Shown here: positions 42,331 to 57,810 of the stretch, in pieces
Position numbering within the stretch: position 1 is the stretch's first letter
How the letters are laid out: every line of letters begins with the position of its first letter
Source: Octopus vulgaris
Lineage: Eukaryota
Reading direction: 5' to 3'
Length of the DNA stretch: 64,000 bases
Assembly (NCBI GenBank): GCA_951406725.2
Contig: OX597818.1
Location: forward strand, 63,364,001 to 63,428,000
The notes under the pieces: model-generated
What the model was told of the DNA's origin: nothing
Databases searched by the model: none
What the model saw: the letters and a program-made list of their open reading frames with translations, nothing else
Made by a program: the position numbers and the translations under genes

Positions 42331-42856
42331 CATATATACGATAGGCTTTTTTTAGTTTCCGTCAACCAAATCCACTCACAAGGCTTTGGTCGGTCCGATG
42401 CTATAGTAGAAGATACTTGCCCAAGAGGCCACACAATGGGACCGAACCCAGAACTATGTGGTTGATAAGCAAGCTGCTTATCACACAGAGTGCTGGAATC
42501 TTTACTTCTAAACGTCTGAACTTTGAAATAAGGTAAGATTGGTACGATTCAGTGCTAACTATAGCCACAAAGCTCCGGTTATCTTTCAGGAAGGAAGATG
42601 CACGTGTGGTGAAGAGTCACTTCATAAGGATATATAAAGACGGAAATGAATTGTAGATTTAGAATTCAGTGCGTGAATGTACTCTAATGTACTTTGGAAA
42701 AGACGATGTTACAAACAAAATTCTTTGTATTAAATGTGGTCTTTGCATGACGCACTCTAGGCGCGCAATTAGATGTGGGTGTTTATAAATGTATCTGCGC
42801 GTGTATGCACGTACACAAACGTGTATGTATGTATACATATTTACATACATATAATG

Positions 42857-42908
<52 letters not shown>

Positions 42909-42925
42909 CATTGTATAAAATTATA

Positions 42926-43066
42926 TGCGTATGGGAAATTAAGTTGACGTCGTCCAATGATTGAGATTAAGTACATTACATGTGAATAGGTTTGTGCATG
43001 CATGGTTTCCTTCGTACATGCATACATGCATGCATCTTTGCGAAATTAGACATACACACAGGTGCT

Positions 43067-43135
<69 letters not shown>

Positions 43136-43190
43136 CTATCAAGAGAGATTCGTATAAACGCACTCGTATATAATTTTCCATGAATTTATA

Positions 43191-43264
<74 letters not shown>

Positions 43265-43421
43265 TGTGTGTATGGGTGAGCACCTGTGTGTATGTCTGAT
43301 TTCGCAAAGATGCATGCATGTATGCATGTTCGAAGGAAACCATGCATGCACAAACCTATTCACACGTAATGTACTTATTATCTCAATCATTGGACGACGT
43401 CAACTTAATTTCCCATACGCA
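42926..43421. repeat. Inverted repeat whose arms include (CA)n(TA)n
   Basis: tgcgtatgggaaattaagttgacgtcgtccaatg... mirrors ...cattggacgacgtcaacttaatttcccatacgca. Confidence 0.95.
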
Positions 43422-43896
43422 AATTCACATTCACTTCATATCGCATTTCATTGTTTGATTTATACCAAAATTATCTCAAATATCCTTTTTTGTTCATAAT
43501 TACATGTTATGAAATTTGCAAAGTTGAAACGTGGGAACAAATAGAAAATGACTTTTATGAACACTGCAAAAAGTGTTTCATATAGATTTTCACTCTTCTA
43601 TGCTATTTTAACAGAAAATTTCAGCTTCACGTATTTACAGTTTTCTATATTAGGAAGTTAATTGAAAACATTTTCTACAGTGGAAATCTATAACCAGAAT
43701 AAGAAGTGATCAAACGCTAGTTTTATAGAGACTTTTAGGAATCTCTTACTGTTTCATTATTGCTTATAATCATGAATGCGTTATCTATTTGCAAAGTTAA
43801 TTTGTTAAACTAATTTTAAATAATCACATTTTTTCTTCACTTGTAACTGAAAATATGATCATACATACATGCGTTTAATAAATACGTATTTGTATC

Positions 43897-43946
<50 letters not shown>

Positions 43947-44037
43947 CAAACATAGAGAATCACATATATACGTATATAAGTATGTATGCGTGTATATATA
44001 TGTACATATATAGAGACACACATATATATGTATATAA

Positions 44038-44088
<51 letters not shown>

Positions 44089-45204
44089 TGTGATTGTAGT
44101 AAATGTATGCATACATACACTAGCTATATATATGCGTGTGTTTATGTAAGTATTTGTATCGTTAATATCTATGCAATTTAGAATTGGTTTACTTCTGTTT
44201 ACAGAGAGGCTACCCGCATTTTTCGCTCTTTGAATTTCGCATTTGAAATCAGCATGCTAATTTTTGCATAGTGTGTCTAGTCTTTCAAATTAAATAGATT
44301 AAACATCGAAACAGAAATTTACTGATGATTCTTTGCGTCATCATTATCATTCATATGGCAGACTTCCAATCATATAGACGTATGTTAATTTATACCTAAG
44401 CATGTAACAATTTCTAAAAGAACAAACATTATACACTTATAAATAGACACGGAAACACAAACGCGTGCGTACACATGTACACACATATAAATGTCTATAC
44501 ATATGATTCTTCATGAATGTTATGATACACACAGTCACGTGTATGTGTATATATATATATAAATATGTACACACGCGCGCACACACACACAATGTTTCAT
44601 TCGACTCTTACTGTGTGATTGCTAACACTTCTGTCATTCCTTATCAAATGAAATCGCAAATAAGTGACGTTGCCTTTATTTCACCTATTTCAAACTTCCA
44701 GTTTATTTATAAAATTAATATATGACTTTGATGCTTCGGAGGTGATATTATAAACACCGTTATTAAATATGTTATCTTCGATTCAGTTAAATGTGGTATG
44801 TCATCGTGCCTATACATACCACAATATATATTATCACAAATACATACATTTTCCTGAGAAAACAATTTGAATGCGATATTCAATTATAATAGAACGTTGC
44901 ATATTTAATAATATTACGATATATTTGCAAGTGAAATAGAACGTATATTCTAATAACTTCATCTATATTCAATATGATGACTTATCTCGTGGATCACGTA
45001 TGCAGAGGAAACATTTTTCTTAAGTACACATGATAAGAGAAAAGCTCATCCTATTGAAAATCGTTTGGTTCTTTCAAAGACATAGATTGTAAAGGTATTC
45101 GAGTACAACGCTGTTAAGTGCGTTATCTGTATACTCACGCACAAACACACAGACACTTACATACACATATACTGACACACACAGATACACATACACATAT
45201 ATGT

Positions 45205-45845
45205 TTGTTTCTTAAGCATGCCAAAAGCATACACTCCACTCCAATTATGACGAAAAGAGAGGATGAAACCGATAACCTGTCCACAGTATGTCTGCCCTAT
45301 GTGAAAGGCCTCTCCGAAAAGATACAAAAGATATGCGGCCCATATGACGTCAGGACAGTATTAAAAATAATACAACACTTCACAAATATCTCCTTCGAGT
45401 AAAACCAAGAATATGACCAAAGACTGTGCGTACACCATCCCATGTAGCTGTGCTAGGTTATACAAAGGCGAAACATGCTGCCCCCCCCCTCAAAATATGG
45501 TAGAGGAACATCGCAAATCTGTGACACAGGGAAACATTGGTAAATCAGCTATAGCTGATCATGTATGGAAAAATGAAGACACCTCCCTCTGTGGGATGAA
45601 GTTGAAATAATAGACAGAGAACACCACTGGAAAATACGAAAACTAAAAGAAGCAGCAGATATGCTAGGACACAAGAACCTCGTAAGTAGACGGAGTGCAG
45701 ATATGAGCTACATATGGGAACCGGTACTAAAGAAGGCTAGGAGAATATTCGATTTATAGGCCCTAAAATTCACTCCATAATTGCCCAAGGGCATATGGCA
45801 TAGTGGTTAAGAGTACGGGTTACTAACTCCAAGTTTCCGAGTAAC
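45205..45845 (+). mobile_element. Penelope-like element fragment (GIY-YIG endonuclease)
   Basis: VCLPYVKGLSEKIQKI, AYTIPCSCARLYKGET and EHRKSV...KSAIADHVW are typical of the RT-linker and GIY-YIG region of Penelope-like elements. Confidence 0.8.
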
Positions 45846-46455
45846 ACTGGTGGTGTATTCTTTACATTGTGTAAATGAAGTAGCTTTCACGACAGCGTTG
45901 CAGAAAATAACATTTCAATGTTTGAAGCCGTTCACATTAATCAAGGTCAGTTATGCCTTTTATGATTTTCGTGATTTCTCTCTGAGGTGACTGAGTTCTC
46001 GTAATATGTTCTTTAGTGCGGTTAGACAACTCAGGTAGAAATATTCATGGTGTGACCTCAGAAACGAAGAGGAAAGTGGAATGATAACATCATACACTCT
46101 AAGCCGGAGAGTTCTGAAGATCCGGGAGCTTATACCGGGATCAATACCAACGTGATTATTGATGTGAACACTCAACAATTACTCCTGACGACATGCTTGT
46201 TTTGAGCGCACTCTCTTTTCTAAAGAGCACGAGTTCAAAATCATGATGTTCTTGTTCGCCCAAAGGTTACCGAATGTAGATGAGATTGGAGGTCGGGTTT
46301 GATAATTATTTAATGCTTTATCATAAACATTAGAATAACCACGATGTGTTATTGAAGGTGGAAGTTGATGTATATAAGTCAGTAGGTACCATACTATTGA
46401 CTTATGGTGGACTCTGTACCGAAAGCACATTAACCAACTTGATATTATCATACAC

Positions 46456-46493
<38 letters not shown>

Positions 46494-48824
46494 ATATATA
46501 TATATATATATATATACGTGTGGATATTTGTACTTGTATGTCTGTGTTTGTTCTTGTGTGTGTGTGTGTGTGTCTGGGTGTGTGTTTCTCTGTGTGTGTA
46601 TGGAAATATACCCTCAAATACATGTGCTGGAATCACAGTACTCGAAAGCAGGAGGGTGTTCTTTCGTGCAGTACCAACCCTCACTCAGCAGTTCCGCACT
46701 TATATGTGCACTGATTCTCTCATTCCAGTTCTTTTATTTGATAATGATAACTAGTGCCCACTTTAACTATCTGATATTGGATTGTGTCGACAGCTCCATT
46801 TACAAACGAAATAGATTTACTTCCGTATCTATTTCTATGCTGGAATATAATTTTTAGCCTGTATAATTTCAAAAGATTGTTCAAGGGAGGTAACTGAAAG
46901 AGGAAAAAAGCCAAGTCCAATTGTGAGTTGAATAGGTTGACTATCCGGAACATCAATTAGTGCAGAGCATTGTCAACTAAACAGGAATGTAATACATATG
47001 TTAATTAATTTTCGTACTTAGTAGCTTTATAGAACACGATAGGTAACCGATCAATGAGGGATTATTGGCGGATAAGTATTAACAATACACAACAGTCATA
47101 AATATATATATATATATATATATATATCGATATATCTATATATATCTGTATATATATATGTGTGTGTATATATATGCATATATATGTATATATAAGAATA
47201 TATATTCATATATATATATACATATATATGCATATATATATGAATATATGAATATATACATGAATATATACATGTATAACGAATACATACACACATGCAT
47301 ATATATGTATGTGTGTGTGTGAGTGTGTGTGTGTTTGTGTGTGTGTGCGTGTGTGTGCTTGTGTGTGTAAGAACAGGAACAAAAGGTATCTTGATGACAG
47401 AAAATATTAAAATGAGATAAAAGAGAACGCATTATTTATCAAAATTCACCTAAAGACCATAAAATATAGTACGGATGCATTAGAATAAAAAGAAACCATT
47501 ATAAACATGAAACTACGAACTTAGAAACCGAAGTCTGCACTTCAGATATAAAAGCAATATAGAATATTCATGTTTCTTTTATGAAAGTTGTATACTTCAT
47601 GGCACAAAACTTTACCTCGGACTCAATAGCATTAGATTTGATGATATTTGATCTTGTTTTTACAAAGTGCTTGCAAAGGACTATAATATCATTAATGCAA
47701 TAAGATAAAAAGAACGCTAGAAGGCAGCACTAATTCCAACTGTTATAAAAGAAGCTTTGAAAAGTCTGGCCTAGTAAGGATGACAACCATTGTCAGCAAT
47801 CTTACAGCACGTAGAACGAACCAGGAAGTTAATGAGGAATTGTTTTAATCAATTTTAATTAAATGTTGATGATTTTATTCGTTAAAACTGTATTTTCAGG
47901 AGCAATAGCGTAGATCTGCAGAGTGGCTAAAAGAAAGACGCCATTTTCAAAAAAACTTGGTTGAGATTCACTTACTCATACCCACACACAACAATTTTTT
48001 TTGCATTTAACCGGAATTATTTTCATATATGTTTCTATGTATTTATGAAGGCTATCCCACTGAAGAAAACTGGCCTTCAGCAAATATCTTTTTGCTGGAA
48101 ATAATTAGAAACCGCGGTCTGGGAAATAGTAGAGATGGTAATCGTTTTTAATTTTCATTCCTTTCGTGAATTTATCCTTTTTTGTGGTCTTGAGATTTTT
48201 ACTGCTCTTTCTAGCACAACGCTTTCCTATTTGGAAGCCTCTTATTCTATTTCTATATGAATAATATATAGTCTAATGACTAATTCGTTTTTTTGTGCAA
48301 GGCCACTGGTGATAATAATTTATTATTACCCTATTTTATTATGAAGATATATGTAGGTGTAAAAGTTTTGGGAATGTATATAGATATGTATGGGTACGAA
48401 AGAGCGTGGATTAGTGTTTCTCTCGCAACTTTTGAAATATGTTGCTGAATAACACGAAACTACCAGAATAAAGTTAAAGTTTGGCAAAACAATACCCTTG
48501 GGTAAATAACAAATATCATATTAGTACTGTTGCAATTTTGCATCAGATGTGGTCCCTTAGTAAATCTGTTTGTCGTCTAAACGAATGAAAAGAAAGAACA
48601 CCAAAAATAAGACTGGAAGAATGAATTAGTTTCCGGTAGTCAGGTAAGAACGTTTCTTAGCAGCCACTTAGTTTCCAGTTCAGACTCACAGCTTGCCATC
48701 TAGGGAAAATGTCGGATACTGTAACCTCGGGCCAACCAAATCCTTGGCGGTGCATTTAGTAGATGGAAACTGGAAGAAGCCTGTCGGATATATATATACA
48801 TATATGAGTATCTCCACCTATGTA

Positions 48825-48859
<35 letters not shown>

Positions 48860-49748
48860 CCACCTGTGTGTGTTGTATATATGTATACATAGGTGGAGTT
48901 ACTTGCCCAAGATTTCCATACAGTGGGAACGAACATGGAACCATGCGGTTGGGGAGCAAGCTTATTACCATAATACCACATGGTATGATCATAATTTAAT
49001 CTCTTTCTTGTTGTTTTTGTTATCATCCTATATATTTAATATTATGATCATCATAATTAATTTTGCGTATATGTTTCCTTGCACCTCTTTACTGATTTCA
49101 TCATTAAATATTTTCTTACATCAACAAAGATTTATATTGTGTAGCTTATTAAACTCATTAGAGAAAGTGAATGAAATGGTGGTAAGGGTCTCTGTTATTT
49201 CTGAAATGTGGAAAGAGTTCAAGAATTGGTCTGATTTTCATTCAAGTGTGTATAACGTTTTACCGATAATCTGACTTATAGAACAAATTTCTTATTATGG
49301 GAAAATACAAATGAGATTCAGTTAACGTACATTGGGATTTATAAAATCGAATACAGAGATAAAATAACACTTCTATTAATACGTTTTCGCGGAATGTAAC
49401 GTAGACCTCTAATTTAAATTGAATATTGAATTTTAAATTCTATTTGTATTATATCTTTTTTCAATTATACTACCAAACATTTGCTCCCGTTTTGTAAACG
49501 TTTAAAGACATTAGAATATTATTGTAATAAAATATAAAGCTCATTTGCCCACACCCATGAGATTCTAGTGTCTGTTATTCTTGTTAATAGTTTTATCAGA
49601 CCTTACAAATAGGAATATTTATCTTTCTTTACTTACAAATCAGTGTATAACAATGTATATTCTTCAGTTAGAACAAGCATGTCACTGCGTTTGTTATAAT
49701 ATATATATATACACACACATATATAAATATATATATCTATGTACACAG

Positions 49749-49823
<75 letters not shown>

Positions 49824-49848
49824 CATATATATATGTATAGATATATAA

Positions 49849-49933
<85 letters not shown>

Positions 49934-50755
49934 CGGCTGAAGTAGTAGTAATACCAAAGGCCACTCTGTATGCTACTGCGGTATTTGCCTTCAGAAATAC
50001 TCTCATACAGACGAACGGTGATAAGAGTATAGATATTTGTCTTGGCAGATGAGAAATGTCTGACATGGGCGCCGCAACGCCTAGGACAATAGATTTTAGC
50101 TTACTGAACTTCATAAGTAGCAAGTGTAGGTATAAAATACCAGTAAAATATTATTGTCAGAGATATATATATAGAGAGAGAATGAAAGTGGCTTTCCAAT
50201 CACTGGTGTCTCAAAATCTAGCATGCTTCTAAGGAAATATTAGTGATGTGAGCAGTCTTAATGTCAAAAGCAAATTTCAGTTCCAACTAAACGTGGATAT
50301 ATTATCATAGCATCAAATACTGCATCACTGTAGGGATTTGGTAAAATGTAAGTTTAGGGGAATGTCACACTGGAAAAGTGCAATAAACTGAAATCACTGG
50401 ATCTGGCAGTACCGGTGCCCATACTAGAAACGTCTTGTCTTCTACGATATACGGCTGTGCTTTTATAACTGTAGTCTATACAAAAAGAATTGTGCAGTAT
50501 TAGGCGTTCTAATAATACATGCATATTTAATTGCCGGTAATATACATGTTTATAGAGAGAGACAATAAAAGTTGCTTTCCAGTCACTAGTGTCTGAAAAG
50601 TCAAGCATACTAATAAAACATATTAGCTAAGGGCGCAGTCTTAGTACCAAAAGAGCCCCCAAAACTGCAACAATGTTATTCTATATATCTTTGGTAGTGG
50701 GAATTTGTTGAAGTGCAAAGTATATATATATATTCAAGTACATATGTACTTTCAA

Positions 50756-50789
<34 letters not shown>

Positions 50790-50859
50790 CTGGTATATAC
50801 ATATATGCATATATACATACATATATGTAAATACCTAACTATATGTATATATGCATGCA

Positions 50860-51140
50860 TATATGGGTACAGGCCATAATAAAACATAAAAAGAAACGCA
50901 TAGAAACTCTCTTTTTTTCGAACAACGAAAAACACAAACAGAGAACAGAAAGAGACATACATCACAAAGAATATTCCCCTTCTTCAGTTGTCCCCGTTTC
51001 CTCTACTCCGCGTTACGAAGGCAAGAACAAGACGCGACTTCGTTGAAACAGTCCTTCCCGCAAAGCAAATGAAATAAAATTTGGAACTTTTTGCGGAGGG
51101 TGAAAGTGTAACAAGAAAAGGACAATGAGAACAAAGCAAT
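50860..51140. repeat. Dispersed repeat flanked by (TA)n; second copy at ~55320-55620
   Basis: Shared blocks atatgggtacagg, ctactccgcgtt, aaacagtccttc and ttttgcggaggg. Confidence 0.75.
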
Positions 51141-51975
51141 ATATATATATATATATGTATGTATGTATGTATGCATGAATGTATGTATGTATGCATGTAT
51201 GTATTTGAGCGTGTGTGTATGTGTGTCTACGTATGTCTGAATATCATTGCTGCTCGCCATAGTAGAACCACAATACACTATCAAGAACTGAGTTAATATT
51301 TAAGGATACTGATATTATTTTGAGAAGCATAAATCACTACGACATAGGACATATTGTGATGTCCAAAAGCCGAAAGAAAATTCATTGTGTGTTCTTTAAA
51401 CGAGTCGTCATTACTCTGTGTAGATATCATATATTACATTGTAGCTTCCTAAAGAACAACATTGGATATGTCGCAATGAATAACAGGCAGCAATTTTCTA
51501 ATATATAAATATATACTTGAAAATGTAATTGAAATAATTTCTTGTGCAATGTAATATAATTCAATCGAGTAAAAACTGTCAAATAACAAAATTATAATTA
51601 AAAGCTGAAGTATATAATCTTAATTTTCCGATACTTTTTAGAAGCATTTCTGGTGTTTGTAAACATAGATATTCTTGATACACTTTAAGGAGAAAGAAAT
51701 GAAAAAAAGAAAAAATATGTATGTCAGAGAATAACGTGATAGAAGAGAGTTGTTTACTGTATTATTAAGATTTGTATCACACGCCTCAATATACAACCGT
51801 TAGTTATTTTAATTAAACAAAAGCCAGAATTGTTTTTCTATAATTACCATATATTATGCGATTGACTGAATCTATATAGATAAGCAAGCAGATACTTATC
51901 GAAGGAGGTAGAGAGCCCTCTATTATTAACCTATGTATATGTATATTTATATGCACATACATACATACATACATA

Positions 51976-52014
<39 letters not shown>

Positions 52015-52167
52015 GATACAGTTGCGTTACATACATGCATACAAATATGTGTAAATCAAATGAGCAACAGTATATCCGGGGGTGATGCAGTACGATTATT
52101 TCGAGCGGTTCCATTTAATTAAACAATGCAATCATTAGATCAATTTCAATGCAGGGCTATACTCAGC

Positions 52168-52289
<122 letters not shown>

Positions 52290-52568
52290 TATAGATATAT
52301 GCATATACATATATGCATATACTTATTTTATCTTACAACTTTCATGCCTCGTTTTGCAATCATAAATTATATACAGTTATAGACATTTTCCTCATTTCAC
52401 AAAAGTTGTAGATGACGACAGTCACTGCAAATACCCGATTATAGTGTAAGGCATGGAAGTAGGAGTTTATTTCAAAAATGAAAAAAATTGTTAAGTTGCA
52501 GCATAAATTGCAATTGATAAAGAGTGATAATCAATCTAAGATGGAATTTCATTCTTTTATACGCGCTC

Positions 52569-52599
<31 letters not shown>

Positions 52600-53702
52600 T
52601 CTATATATATACACACACATATACATCCATACTTAGATGGATGCAGACACACAGGCACACATACATAAATGGATGAACATTGCTGACACAAGCGATGACT
52701 GTTATACTTTAAATTGCAACATTGATATATTGATATTGTTCAAAATATCCCTAATAGAGAATTTCGTTTGCATCTCACATTAGTAAACATTGATTTTGAA
52801 TAAGTGTCTCTTCCATCGATGATAATTGAATAATTCCTTATACTTTAATAATCGTTTACATCAAGTACCTAAACTGTATGTGATTTTGATGCGAGTTGTC
52901 CAACACTGCTACGATTCACACTCGATAGTTTTGTAGTAATAGTAAGGTACATTACAACAAAATTACCCATATTAGTTTTTACAACGATTTCAGGTGTTAT
53001 ATGTCCAAGTATGTTTCCAAAGTTTGTAGCTCTGCTTTCGTAATATAAACATACATTACATATAGATGTGTTGTTGATATTTATTCCAGAGGTGATAGGT
53101 GAAGATAATTGTCTGTTATCTGAAAGATGAAGAGTACACCCTGATTCGCAGGCAGATAACAGAATTAAGACCCACTTTTGTGTTGTTTAATGATAATTTT
53201 TAATCTGGTAATACTGTTGGGCATGATCAAAAATCAAAAAAAGGATGTTCGGCTCCGTTGATAAGTTTCTGATAACGTTATTATACTTGAAATAAATTGT
53301 TTCTAGATGTGTTTTCAGTAAAAATTATATACTATGAAATTAAAAATAGTAAAAATTATGAGTTTAAAGTGTGTATGTATATTATAATACTTGTCTACTC
53401 GTTCACAGTAAATTGTAAACACATTTGTGAAGAATTCTTAGTAGTTTCTGCCTTACATAATGTAGCATTAAATGCTTCAAAATGTTTATCTTTCAAAATC
53501 GTCTCAGGAAGCCATTAAATTCGATACAAAAATATACAGTAAAATGTTCGTAGCATAATTGGTAAAACATAACATTACTTTTTAATAAATACACACAACC
53601 GAGTACTCAGAGAACTTATTTTAGCTCACACATGGTTACACACACACACACACACATGTGTATGTATGCATATGTGTGTTTGTCTACATGTGTATTTATG
53701 TA

Positions 53703-53750
<48 letters not shown>

Positions 53751-53811
53751 CGGATACATATATGTATGTATCTCTCTATGTATCTATTTATATTATATAT
53801 ATGTGTATATA

Positions 53812-53877
<66 letters not shown>

Positions 53878-55928
53878 TATATATTTATGTACACGTTAAG
53901 TGTAAACCGTCACTTAAAAGATTATACAATAAAAGAACGCATTTTTTTCAGAAAATGTATTCGGTGCCGACTTAAACCTTAAGTGCATAATCTTAGGAGC
54001 TTGCCCGTGATTGGTTTCTGCGATTTTCTGACATTTCCAAATAATTCATTCTTGAATGTTTATATAGATTTCCATCTGATAAACTACCTCTTTTAAGGCT
54101 TCTTGAATATATACGATTTATCGAGTCCATGCGTATTGCGTAAGCAATGCATTTTGATCTTCGGAAAGCAGGTATTTTTTGATTCTTCTAGAAATGTTCT
54201 TTTTTAATATACCTACATAACTTCCATTAACGAAACGAAAACAGATTTTCCTTATCTCACACATATTTGTAGTTAAGATGTTTCTATTTTTCCTGATTTG
54301 TATATATTTATGTGAAGTGTATACATATGATGCGAAAGTAAGTTTCCTTTAGAAGTTTCAAAGCTTTTTTTACTTTATTCGTTGCTTCATATATTTTCTT
54401 TAAGTTTTTGAAAACTACTTTGTCTAGCTGGTGTCTTATTAAGAATTGATGAAGATATTATCATTTAATTTCTAAGATTTAATTTATTTATATCGAGTAT
54501 AGATCTCGGTGACTTTTTTTACTTGTAAAAAATTCTTAAGTGTCACGATTTAAACATTAATTCAACATCGGAAAAGAAATTATGCAAAAAAATCTGGATT
54601 AACCTATTTTCTATAAGGTATCATTCCGTAAAAGTTGAAGAACTTCTAACCGAATGACATTCATGGAATTCGGTGTCAAAGTGGGAGTCCATAGAATTCG
54701 TGAATATAAGAGGACGTGAGAGAGAGAGTGAGAGAGAGCGAGACACAGAGAGTGAGAGTGAGAGAGAGAGAGACACTAACGGAGTCTGTTATATTTTAAG
54801 AGAATACGAAAATATTTGTAGACTACGTAGTAAAACAAACTTCGACTGAGATACTATTTGAAATTTGTAAGTTAGCAAAAAATAATTTATGAAGTGCTCA
54901 GTGTAGCATATGTGATCTTTTGTTCACTGTTAGTTATTTTCATAGGAAAACACCTCCCTTTTCTAACCGATGAGTTCTTAGAGTATGCCATTCAACAGTG
55001 CGTAAAAAAGCATGGAATATATGGTGGTCATAATCTCCGATGACGTAATACAATGGAGATCAGGCGACCACGTAATTATCTGCCAGAATGCATTGAAAAT
55101 TACATGATTCATATATTTCGAAATAAAGAAATATATGTAATGGGAATATTTAAAATTAATTAAGTATTATTGACTATTACGAGCTCATTAAAAGACATGC
55201 ATTTAAATCTTTGCAACTTTTGCCGATTGTATATATGTATATATATATATATATATATAATATTCATAATATGTAAATATATGCATATATATACATACAT
55301 ACATCTACATACCTACATGTATATGCATATATGGGTACAGGAATAAAAACAACGTCAAGAAAATGAGAAACGAGAACATGAAAAACAAAATCTTCGAAGA
55401 ATGAAGGAAATAAATTGAGAAATTGAGTAAACGCTACAAGTAACATAAAGAACATTCTCTTCATCAGTTGACCCCTGTTTTATCTACTCCGCGTTCCCAA
55501 GGTAGGGCCAAGACGTGACTTCTTTAAAACAGTCCTTCACGCAAAGGAAATTAGATAAAATTTGGGTGTTTTGCGGAGGGTTAACGTGGTAACAAATACA
55601 GGACTGTAAGAACAAAATAGTAAAATCAAACGGTGAGGGCTGTTAAGCCATGACGAGATGAATTGGTGAACGCTGGAAAAATGAGCTTTGAGAAGAGACT
55701 GGTAAGAGTAGGTCTTTTCTTTAGGAAAAACTGGAAGAAAGGAAGATGGGGAGTTGTTGGTCACGTGTAAGCAACGAGAGAGTCATGGAGGAAGAGTATG
55801 AGAGAGAGAGAGAGGGGGAACGGTGAAGGGGAGAGGAGAAGAATAGAAAAGGGTTGGGAGAGAAAATTAGAAAGGAAGCACAAACACACACACCCACAGA
55901 CACATATATATATATATACACTTATATA

Positions 55929-56216
55929 TCTTTATATATAAAAGTAAGGTTGTGTGCTGTCTGTCTCCTACGATTTAGATTCCTAACTACTCCCACATTT
56001 TGCGGTGCAGTTTAACCAAAATCGGGTATCTTATAGTCGTGATTCATATCAAGCCCTTCTGGGTATTAGCGCGCGTCTACAATGAGTCTACGATTTAAAA
56101 AACAATTTTAAATGCATTTTTAATGCATTTTTTGGTATTTTTGGCTATAACTCTCTAAAAATGCTTATATAGTTATTTCCCTTACAAACCCGAGCAACGC
56201 CGGGCGATACTGCTAG
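55929..56216 (+). mobile_element. Non-autonomous Helitron
   Basis: TC...cccgagcaacgccgggcgatactgCTAG. Highly similar to 60365-60665. Confidence 0.8.
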
Positions 56217-57056
56217 TATATAATAAATTCAAATCGACACCGCAGAGGAATCGACATAAACTTAAATAATAAACTGAGATAGGAGACCAGTGATAAGTGA
56301 ACCGCGATATAGCGAGAGATTACTATATCTCACAAGCAGCACTTAAGCCGACACTCATACACACTGACCTACCGGCATTAACATGTATTTGTATATTTGT
56401 GACAATTTGTGCACACATATTATGCACAATTTCAGCGTTGTAAAATATTTCACATAATATATCGTTGAAGATATCATAATGTGTTTCGAAATGTATAAAC
56501 AGGAATTCCGCTATATGTTATGAATTTCTCTATTGTATTATAATCTGAACTGAAATATAAGCCAGGTATACATTTTCAGTTCACATTATAACTAATTATA
56601 TGAAGTGATTTATAAATCATAATGTGGTATACTTATAAGTTTCCTGTACCTTATATATATACCATTTTGCTTAAATAATAGAATAGCAGATACAATATCC
56701 TTACATATCGCACGTCTGTTTTCATTTCTCCACTTCACTTTGCATTTCAAATCTTTTTTCTAATAACTATTGCTTAACTATATTCTTGCAGTCCCTGATG
56801 AAGGGATATATATATTATCCCGGAACCAGGTATAAGACTTCCTCTTTAGAAATGTTCTGAAATCTTTAACAGCCTTGGGATTTTTTCATCTCAATGTGTT
56901 AATTTGTATATATATATATATATATATATACGTATGTATTTATGTATATATACATACACGATACACACATACAAACACATGTATAAATACAGCATATAGA
57001 TACAAATATATAAATATATATCGATACATGCATACCTACACCCACCCACACACACA

Positions 57057-57137
<81 letters not shown>

Positions 57138-57654
57138 GTGATAAATGAAAAGCGGATGATTGGAGAAATACGTGAATTTATTATTAATCACGACAATTGT
57201 GTCAACCAACTAACATCGATCCCTCACGGGTGGGATACTTAACTGGTTCATGAGCATTCCATAGATATGTCTCACCTGTAGATATATAGATATAACTCAT
57301 TGAAATAACAGTTCTGCAATGTATCGTCTCATTTCGTGTAATGAAATTCACCAAAGTAATGGTGCATATAGTATATCAATAATAATATAACAGACGCAAA
57401 AAAGAAACGAAGATTATTAAAAGAAAGGAAAATTGTTTAAGATAAATATTAACGGATATGGAAATATAAACGCCCTCGCATAAGCTGTATGTCGCATGGA
57501 CGCTCGCTCATAAAATCATTCACGAAAACGTAAGCACACGCACTCGTGTTGTTTGGTGCTCGCACGTTCACATACCGAGGTAAATAGCTGCTTGTGCTTA
57601 TAAGCATAAGGAGGTTAATAGTGGCCTTTTCAGACAAGCTCTCAGTTGCTAAGA

Positions 57655-57810
57655 TGGCCACCCTTGCTAGCTATGCAGATGGCACAAAAGTCTCTCAGAC
57701 AATACAAAACCTTGGAAATATTGCACGTCTGCAACGGGTGTTGGTTACGATATAAGGGTGGGCTGAGGACAACAACATGCAGTTTAATGCAGGGAAGTTC
57801 CAACCGCTTC
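57655..57810 (+). mobile_element. LINE RT catalytic-region fragment (CR1/L2-like)
   Basis: LASYADGTKVSQ...GWAEDNNMQFNAGKFQ, a degenerate YADD motif. Confidence 0.7.

Larger units (their letters stand above)
39110..50680 (+). pseudogene. Decayed LRR-coding segments
   Basis: RRLLFLTFNST (~39145), FFVSLKHLYHFSL (~40099), LPELKLLWIDS (40757), FDLYQNYL (~43454), TNEIDLLPYLF (46802), TKLYLGLNSIR (47604), and VAFQSLVS twice (~50188, ~50571). Confidence 0.6.

Noticed and set aside
45960-46451. Minus-strand ORFs with LRR-like words
   Set aside because: The strand is ambiguous by eye because both strands give partial motifs, so I did not call it separately.
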